Assembly: GCA_001029695.1 (NCBI GenBank) | Contig: CP011211.1 | Span: 1,006,684-1,038,683, forward strand | DNA: 32,000 nt | Direction: 5' to 3' | Source of the DNA: Candidatus Saccharimonadota bacterium | Lineage (GTDB): Bacteria; Patescibacteriota; Saccharimonadia; Saccharimonadales; Saccharimonadaceae | In this document: piece by piece, positions 26,203-32,000 of the stretch | How the letters are laid out: each line of letters starts with the position of its first letter | Position numbering within the stretch: position 1 is the stretch's first letter | Program-made: the position numbers and the translations under genes | Notes under the pieces: model-generated | Databases searched by the model: none | What the model was told of the DNA's origin: nothing | What the model saw: only the letters and a program-made list of their open reading frames with translations

Positions 26203-26838
26203 CTAATTTCCTTTAGCTTGTAATTGTTTCATTGTCTGTATTTCCTCGGTTTGTTTTTTCACGGTCTTGTTCTTGATATTTATCATCTGACCAAACTGCA
26301 TGCCCTTTAAATACTCTGCGTTTGATATTTCATTTGCACCCTCATGATGGGCAATCATCAAGCGCAAGAATAGCTTATCTACCGAACTGCCTGTAGCAGA
26401 TTCAAGTTCACGCAGATCACTGAGGTTTGCCATCCCAGGATGAGTCGGGTACATATCGTGGCCTTCCATCTCAGGAAAATCAGACAGATTGAAATATGTC
26501 TCTTTCCACTCGGTAAGCCAGTTAATGTACTGTTTGGTGTCACTCGTTAGCTCATCGCTGATACGTACCGCCAGTTGGCGAACTTTGTCGTCGCTCGCAT
26601 TTTTCTTCGCGATGTCCGCCATCTGGATACCCTGCTGATTATGGACGATCATTTTCTTCGCAAAATCAGTATCCATGTAGTTATGCTCGTTTGGGTTAGC
26701 CGGTTTCTCACTTTTACTTGCTGACGGCATCGGCTTACTTTCTGGAGCGGAAGCTGACTGGTTTTGTGAAAACCACCAGCCTATTGCTGCTGCTCCGACT
26801 GCGAGCACAATAATCGTTCCTACAACTATCTTTCGCAT
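26203..26838 (-). CDS. Divergent DUF305-like protein with a signal anchor
   Basis: DTDFAKKMIVHNQQGIQM (HN in place of HH) and DKLFLRLMIAHHEGANEI. An N-terminal TM helix is present. Confidence 0.75.
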   Translation of the reverse strand: MRKIVVGTIIVLAVGAAAIGWWFSQNQSASAPESKPMPSASKSEKPANPNEHNYMDTDFAKKMIVHNQQGIQMADIAKKNASDDKVRQLAVRISDELTSDTKQYINWLTEWKETYFNLSDFPEMEGHDMYPTHPGMANLSDLRELESATGSSVDKLFLRLMIAHHEGANEISNAEYLKGMQFGQMINIKNKTVKKQTEEIQTMKQLQAKGN

Positions 26839-26855
26839 ATTTTTACCTCCTTGGC

Positions 26856-27374
26856 CTATCGTGCAAGCGGTTCGGGGCTTTTGCCCAGATTACGCGCAAC
26901 ATAGTCTTCTATTTTTTGCTGATCATACGCCAGTAATGTTTCACTCCTGCGCCATGAGCTTAATTCTATCGGCGATTTATTGGTTGCTCTTGGTGCAAGT
27001 ACTATCTTGGTTGGTTGAAACTTTGGATTCGCAAAAGGTGCTGACAAAAGTCGGGTCAATTTATCAACTTGGTCTTTCGGTAGGCTTGGTTGGTATGAAA
27101 TGTAGATTCCCCCATGCTCCATATTGTGTACCAGTTGATCGTCGCGGACTTCTGTATCGTACACGCCCCACGAAACAGGGTTTGCGTGAGCACCAGAAGT
27201 TGGCGGCTGGTCGCCGCCATACTTCTTGCTGTCCACATGTTCACGGCCGTGATCACTTTGTTCAACCCCTGGACGTGGTGGTTCCGGTGGTTTGTTTGCC
27301 TTTGCAGCAATGATTGCTCCAGTAAAACCAAGAGTAACAACTGCCAATACAGCGGGCAGGGTTCTAATTTTCAT
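26856..27374 (-). CDS. DUF3105-family membrane-anchored putative metal-binding protein
   Basis: PPTSGAHANPVSWGVYDTEV..LVHNMEHGGIYISYQP matches the DUF3105 pattern. An N-terminal anchor is present. Confidence 0.75.
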   Translation of the reverse strand: MKIRTLPAVLAVVTLGFTGAIIAAKANKPPEPPRPGVEQSDHGREHVDSKKYGGDQPPTSGAHANPVSWGVYDTEVRDDQLVHNMEHGGIYISYQPSLPKDQVDKLTRLLSAPFANPKFQPTKIVLAPRATNKSPIELSSWRRSETLLAYDQQKIEDYVARNLGKSPEPLAR

Positions 27375-28041
27375 AGCCCCAATCTTTTTGCCACTGCTTC
27401 ATTTGCTTGATTTCTTGTGTCTGAGCAGAAACGACAGCTTTGGTAAGATCTTTTAGCTCTTCGTGCTGTGCGTTTTTCTCACCAGGAGCAGCCATGTCGA
27501 TAGCCGACTGGTGGTGCATGATCATCTGCTCGATAAAAGCTTTGTCAAACTCATCACCCGTCTTTCCTTCCAGGGCGCTGTTCATACCAGTCATCTCATC
27601 CATCATACCCATAGCACTGTGATCCATCATATTGTCGGCACTTGTCGATGGATAACCCCATTCTTTTTGCCAAGCCGTCATCTGACTAATCTCACCCTCT
27701 TGAGCCGAGATGATGTCGTTCGCCATATCTTTCAACTCTTGGTGCTTGGCATTTTTCTGTGCTAGCTTCGCCATATCAACAGCACCTTGGTGGTGGGCTA
27801 TCATATTGGCGATGAAATTACGGTCGTATGTCTCACCACTCATGGCTGAGTACTGTTTGTACGTAGCACTATTGGTATCAACGAGCGAATCATTGTTTTT
27901 TGAACCATCCATATCCATGCCGGACATGCTGTCCGTATTTGATTTAGTCGTGTTGCCACGCAGGCCGTAGTAGAGCGCGCCGCCAGCGACTGCCAGCACG
28001 AGCACAACAGCAATGATAGTAAATAATTTCTTATTGTTCAT
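27364..28041 (-). CDS. DUF305-family protein with two repeats and a signal anchor
   Basis: DRNFIANMIAHHQGAVDM and DKAFIEQMIMHHQSAIDM. Both repeats end in QM..WQKEWGY or WQKDWGY. Confidence 0.85.
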   Translation of the reverse strand: MNNKKLFTIIAVVLVLAVAGGALYYGLRGNTTKSNTDSMSGMDMDGSKNNDSLVDTNSATYKQYSAMSGETYDRNFIANMIAHHQGAVDMAKLAQKNAKHQELKDMANDIISAQEGEISQMTAWQKEWGYPSTSADNMMDHSAMGMMDEMTGMNSALEGKTGDEFDKAFIEQMIMHHQSAIDMAAPGEKNAQHEELKDLTKAVVSAQTQEIKQMKQWQKDWGYEN

Positions 28042-28090
28042 AGATACTCCTAAGTTAGCTATTTAACGGTATTTTCGTAAATAGCTACTC

Positions 28091-28468
28091 TCAAGCGCGA
28101 AAGACTGCGAGCTTTATATAAGCTGGCGTGCTATCAGGAGGTGGTTCTCTATCTAGGGCAGCTCTTGTCTCTTGACCGTGTTTTTCTTCAAGGGCCAAGA
28201 GGGGCGATGTTTGGAACTGAACATAGAATGGAGGTTGTGGCTGGTCGTCCTCGTCTTTGTCAGCCTCCTCGATAACCTCATCTTTGTGAAGAGTTGCTGC
28301 GGTACAGGCAGTAAAACAACTTGACGAACTCGTCTGATGAGATGCGCCGCCCATTGAGTGTCCCATGCTGCTCATAGGCTGTAATGCGGCTGCATGTATA
28401 CCTAACGACAGTACGCTAAGTACTGTGAGCATAAATACGGAAACAACTCCATGGAAGACTCGTTTCAT
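28091..28468 (-). CDS. Secreted Met/His/Cys-rich hypothetical protein; possible copper binder
   Basis: A signal peptide is followed by MSSMGHSMGGASHQTSSSSCFTACTAATLH and then an acidic stretch. The gene lies inside copper operon 2. Confidence 0.5.
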   Translation of the reverse strand: MKRVFHGVVSVFMLTVLSVLSLGIHAAALQPMSSMGHSMGGASHQTSSSSCFTACTAATLHKDEVIEEADKDEDDQPQPPFYVQFQTSPLLALEEKHGQETRAALDREPPPDSTPAYIKLAVFRA

Positions 28469-28507
28469 ATCTCTATTTTACCGTACTTTGCTCTAAGCGT
28501 CATATTT

Positions 28508-29455
28508 CTAGTAGTTTGCCTCGCTGTAGTGAGGGAAGAAATCTTGATGGAGACTATCGCTACTCAACCCGTTATCTTCTAATTGCTTGCCGAGTATTTC
28601 TACCATTGGTTCGGGGCCTGATATGAAGACCTGAGATGAATTGATATCTGGCACGAGCTCAGTGAGCTTTTCGGCAGTAAGCGGTTCGCCGATGACGTAC
28701 TGGACTCTAAACTCTGGGTGGCGTTTGCTTGCCTCGTCGAACTCCACTTTGAATGGTAACTCATCAGTTCGACCATTATAAATAAGCGTTGCCGACACCG
28801 GCTGTCCGCTATGACCCCGTGCTTTTAACATGCTATAAAACGGCGTAATGCCGATGCCACCTGCGATGAACACTAACGGCTTATCACTTTCTTGCCAAAC
28901 GAAATCGCCGTCCGGCTGCTCAATGAGTTGTACTTCATCTCCAACTGCAAGAGCGGCCAACGCTTGCTTAAATGTCGTGCTGGTAACACGAGTGGTGACT
29001 TGAATAAAACCATCATGTGGCGTTGATGAAATCGTAAACCATCGCTTTGTACCTTCTTCATCGGGGTTATCGTGAGGGATTTCAATGCGGATGAACTGCC
29101 CCGGAGTCCACGACAAAGGTTGGTCAGCGGTGAAACGAAATGCCCAGATATTATCTGTCAGGTGTTCTTTTTCCTTTAATCGGAGCGTCGCTGTTGTCGG
29201 AATATGGTGGTGATGTTCATGACCCAGATGATGATCGGTATACTGCTCAGGGTTCTTATCGAATAGCTGAACGCATGTGGCGCAACACAAATAAATTCGT
29301 TTACCATCAACATCTCTGAAATGTCCGAGTTTTTCAGCCTCTGCTGTATCAATAGCGTCACCTGTTACTGGGCAGACGGCCATACGATCTACTGGGATAT
29401 CGGCTGCCTCACTGTCGTGATGATGATGGTGTTCATGTTCGTCGTGGTTGTGCAT
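28508..29455 (-). CDS. His-rich YHS/TRASH-type metal-binding domain fused to a ferredoxin-NADP reductase-like FAD/NAD(P) oxidoreductase
   Basis: HEHHHHH, then CPVTGDAID..DGKRIYLCCATCVQLFDKNPEQY (YHS-like). This is followed by RWFTISSTP (RxYS-type FAD motif) and FIAGGIGITPFYSML (NAD(P)-binding). GGAGG RBS present. Confidence 0.8.
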   Translation of the reverse strand: MHNHDEHEHHHHHDSEAADIPVDRMAVCPVTGDAIDTAEAEKLGHFRDVDGKRIYLCCATCVQLFDKNPEQYTDHHLGHEHHHHIPTTATLRLKEKEHLTDNIWAFRFTADQPLSWTPGQFIRIEIPHDNPDEEGTKRWFTISSTPHDGFIQVTTRVTSTTFKQALAALAVGDEVQLIEQPDGDFVWQESDKPLVFIAGGIGITPFYSMLKARGHSGQPVSATLIYNGRTDELPFKVEFDEASKRHPEFRVQYVIGEPLTAEKLTELVPDINSSQVFISGPEPMVEILGKQLEDNGLSSDSLHQDFFPHYSEANY

Positions 29456-29464
29456 ACTACCTCC

Positions 29465-31696
29465 TTATAATTTTATTCGTCGTAGGAACTGTGCATTGAT
29501 GGCGACAATAATCGTTGAAAGTGACATCAGGACTGCGCCGAGTGCTGGCGAAAGAACAAACCCAATTCCCGAGGTAACACCAGCCGCCAGTGGGATAGCG
29601 AGGGCGTTGTAGCCGGTCGCCCAGGCAAGGTTTTGCAGCATCTTGCGGTAGGTAGCTTTTGAAAGCGTGACGATCTTTGCTACGCCTCGTGGGTCGCTGC
29701 TTGCTAGCACGATTCCAGCCGACTCAATCGCCACATCCGTGCCCGCACCGATCGCGATACCAATATTAGCCTGCGTCAGCGCTGGCGCATCGTTCACGCC
29801 ATCACCAACCATGGCAACCCGGCTCCCATCTGCCTGTAACTTCTTGACTGTTTCGGCTTTATTCTCCGGCAGGACTTCGGCAAAGTACTCTTTAATACCG
29901 AGTTCTTTGGCTACCCAAGCAGCCACGCCTTTGCTGTCGCCGGTCAGCATAGCAACGCGTTTGCCCATATCATGCAGTCGGGCGACGGCTTCTTTGGACT
30001 CTTCGCGGATAACATCAGCCAGCATGATTGCGCCGAGAACGGTCTTATCCTCGACGACATACACGACCGTTTTTCCATCAGTTGAGGCTTCTTCTGCCGC
30101 TTTTTGTAACTCGCTATCAAGCTTTAGTTTCAGTTCTTCAAGTAACCTCGGACCACCCACATATACCATTTTGCCACCGGCTTTAGCTCGTACACCACGG
30201 CCAGAAAGTGCCGAAAAGTCAGTGGCGTGAGTTTCCGGCACATTTTGACCGTGTGCATACTGGAAAATTGCTTTTGCAATCGGATGCTCTGATTCGCGTT
30301 CGAGTGCGGCGGCAAGACTCAAGGTACGACCTTTGTCTTTAGCGAGGATATCAACCACACCTTGTTCACCCTTAGTGAGTGTGCCGGTCTTATCAAATAA
30401 CACGACATCTATATTGCGTGCTGATTCGAGTGCCATTCGTTCACGTACCAGCAGCCCATTCTTTGCCGCTAGTGTGGTAGAGATAGCCGTGACGAGCGGA
30501 ATAGCTAGACCCAGTGCATGTGGACAGGCAATCACCAGTACCGTGACAACTCGCTCAAAAATAAACCCTGCCGACGCACCAGCTATCCACCAGCCTATCC
30601 ATGTGAGGAGCGCTGCACCAAGCGCAACAAATGTGAGATAAAAGGCCGCTTTGTCTGCGAGTACCTGCGTCTTTGACTTGCTCGTCTGGGCGTCCTCGAC
30701 AAGTTTCATAATGCCAGCCAGCGCCGTGTCACCGCCAACTTTCGTGACTTCAATCGTCAAGGCGCCGTTTGCATTGATCGTCCCACCGATAACCTCAGCT
30801 CCGACTATTTTCTTCACCGGCCTTGACTCACCAGTCAGCATTGATTCATTAACTTCAGACTCGCCCTTGATAACTTTTCCATCTACCGGAACCTGCGCGC
30901 CAGGGCGAACCAGGACGGCATCACCTACTTTAAGCTGGCTCACTGAGACCTTGCGGCTTTCCCCATGTTCAACCAGCTCTGCTTCATCGGGTAGCAGCTT
31001 GGCAAGCTCATTGAGTGCGCCTTGTGCACTTTCCACCGACGCCATTTCCAGCCAGTGGCCGAGCAGCATAATCGTTACCAATGTCGCCAGCTCCCACCAG
31101 AAGTCCATACCACTGACGAGCTTGAGCGTCACGAGGCTGCTATAGATAAACGCAACGGTAATCGCCATTGAAATCAGCGTCATCATACCCGGCTGCCGAG
31201 CTGCAAGCTCCGCTTTTGCACTCTTGAGGAATACCAAGCCACCGTAAAAGAATATAATAATGCCAAACACTGCCGGAATGTATTCGCTACCAGCAAATGC
31301 CAAATGAACCCCAAACCAACTCTGTACCATCGGTGAAAATATCAGTGTCGGAATGGTCAGGAGGAGGCTAAGCCAAAACTTCTGCTTAAACATGTTTGGA
31401 TTGTGGCCAGCATGCTTGTCGTGATCGTCATGTTGGTCGTGCGATGATCGTTTAGTCTTCTCAAGCGCCATGTGGCATTTCGGACACATACCCGGTTTAT
31501 CTGATGTGACATCTGGATGCATTGGACAAGCGTATACGCTGCCATGCGCGGTGGCCGATGGATTACTATGGTCATGATCACCGTTGGTTTCGTCTTCCGT
31601 ATCATCATCAGATACTAGATTCATATTACATTTCGGGCATACCCCCGGCTCATTGCTGATAACCTCTGGATGCATCGGACATGTATATTTTGCCAT
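29465..31696 (-). CDS. copB: P1B-3 (CopB-like) copper P-type ATPase with a CPH motif, two N-terminal CPMHPE..CPKC modules and a His-rich linker
   Basis: YTCPMHPEVISNEPGVCPKCNMNL and YACPMHPDVTSDKPGMCPKCHMAL, then HDQHDDHDKHAGH. Core motifs are ACPHALGLAIP, DKTGTLT, GDGVNDAPAL, GYN and MSLSTIIV. Confidence 0.9.
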   Translation of the reverse strand: MAKYTCPMHPEVISNEPGVCPKCNMNLVSDDDTEDETNGDHDHSNPSATAHGSVYACPMHPDVTSDKPGMCPKCHMALEKTKRSSHDQHDDHDKHAGHNPNMFKQKFWLSLLLTIPTLIFSPMVQSWFGVHLAFAGSEYIPAVFGIIIFFYGGLVFLKSAKAELAARQPGMMTLISMAITVAFIYSSLVTLKLVSGMDFWWELATLVTIMLLGHWLEMASVESAQGALNELAKLLPDEAELVEHGESRKVSVSQLKVGDAVLVRPGAQVPVDGKVIKGESEVNESMLTGESRPVKKIVGAEVIGGTINANGALTIEVTKVGGDTALAGIMKLVEDAQTSKSKTQVLADKAAFYLTFVALGAALLTWIGWWIAGASAGFIFERVVTVLVIACPHALGLAIPLVTAISTTLAAKNGLLVRERMALESARNIDVVLFDKTGTLTKGEQGVVDILAKDKGRTLSLAAALERESEHPIAKAIFQYAHGQNVPETHATDFSALSGRGVRAKAGGKMVYVGGPRLLEELKLKLDSELQKAAEEASTDGKTVVYVVEDKTVLGAIMLADVIREESKEAVARLHDMGKRVAMLTGDSKGVAAWVAKELGIKEYFAEVLPENKAETVKKLQADGSRVAMVGDGVNDAPALTQANIGIAIGAGTDVAIESAGIVLASSDPRGVAKIVTLSKATYRKMLQNLAWATGYNALAIPLAAGVTSGIGFVLSPALGAVLMSLSTIIVAINAQFLRRIKL

Positions 31697-31722
31697 TTTC
31701 TATCCCTCCTAAATACCTATAG

Positions 31723-31992
31723 CTATTTCTTGCGCTTCAATTTATATACTTTCAGAATCTCTTCGGTTGCTTGCGCCTCGTTGCCGCTTCTTACCTGGTG
31801 AATGACATGGGTGCTTAAGTGATTTTCTAACAATAAGTCTTCAACACTCGACAGCGCCTCTTTAATCGCTGAAGCTTGGGTGATAATGTCGATACAATAT
31901 TTATCTTCTTCGACCATTTTTTGTAGACCGCGAATCTGACCTTCAATGATTTTCAGACGACGAATCGCGCGTGGTTTCATTTCTTTCTTCAT
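31723..31992 (-). CDS. csoR: CsoR/RcnR-family metal-sensing repressor (second copy)
   Basis: RLKIIEGQIRGLQKMVEEDKYCIDIITQASAIKEAL..LLENHLSTHV. It is about 75% identical to the copy at 10558..10824. Its promoter lies outside the window. Confidence 0.9.
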   Translation of the reverse strand: MKKEMKPRAIRRLKIIEGQIRGLQKMVEEDKYCIDIITQASAIKEALSSVEDLLLENHLSTHVIHQVRSGNEAQATEEILKVYKLKRKK

Positions 31993-32000
31993 AATTTAAT

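Noticed and set aside
10558-31992. The two csoR copies as terminal repeats of a transposon or recombination-competent direct repeats
   Set aside because: The DNA identity is only moderate, and the longest identical runs I could see are about 14 nt. No transposase, integrase or target-site duplication is present in the window.

Overview
The window is gene-dense, with about 90% of genes on the minus strand, and reads as an accessory or island-like region. The gene content fits a Gram-positive-type or CPR/Saccharibacteria-like small genome, but taxonomy cannot be proven from this sequence.

Gene order, left to right:
1. A two-component system: a receiver-only response regulator (partial at the window edge) and a PAS histidine kinase. 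Both carry long Pro/Gln/Ala-rich tails.
2. A 727-aa protein with a tail-fibre-like N-terminus plus SGNH esterase, FN3 and lectin-like domains, followed by an SF2 helicase.
3. Copper operon 1: csoR, cupredoxin, a CPC-type P1B ATPase, thioredoxin and a DUF305 gene inactivated by an in-frame TAA. Its promoter contains a near-perfect palindromic CsoR-type operator.
4. About 600 bp of non-coding DNA with a 46-nt perfect palindrome.
5. A nucleotide/RNA-end-processing cluster: a frameshifted Pnk-like P-loop kinase, a 2H phosphoesterase and a divergent CYTH enzyme.
6. A decayed 3' fragment of a second T4SS coupling-protein gene, two paralogous small genes, and a 2-TM ORF plus a minimal Mrr-like nuclease that are separated only by an A6 frameshift.
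7. A compact Gram-positive/CPR-type type IV secretion operon. In order it encodes pilin, a pilin-VirB6-like fusion, a PrgI/VirB3-like protein, VirB4 split at an A6 run, a CHAP hydrolase, a VirD4-type coupling protein and an XRE regulator.
8. An HxlR regulator, a cytochrome-b5-like gene and a polytopic membrane gene.
9. Copper operon 2: csoR, a CPH-type ATPase with tandem CPMHPE...CPKC modules, a YHS-FNR fusion, a Met/His-rich secreted protein, three DUF305 genes and one DUF3105 gene.

I found no rRNA, tRNA, CRISPR array, transposase, integrase or relaxase. All functional calls rest on motif-level reading of the translations; no database search was possible.
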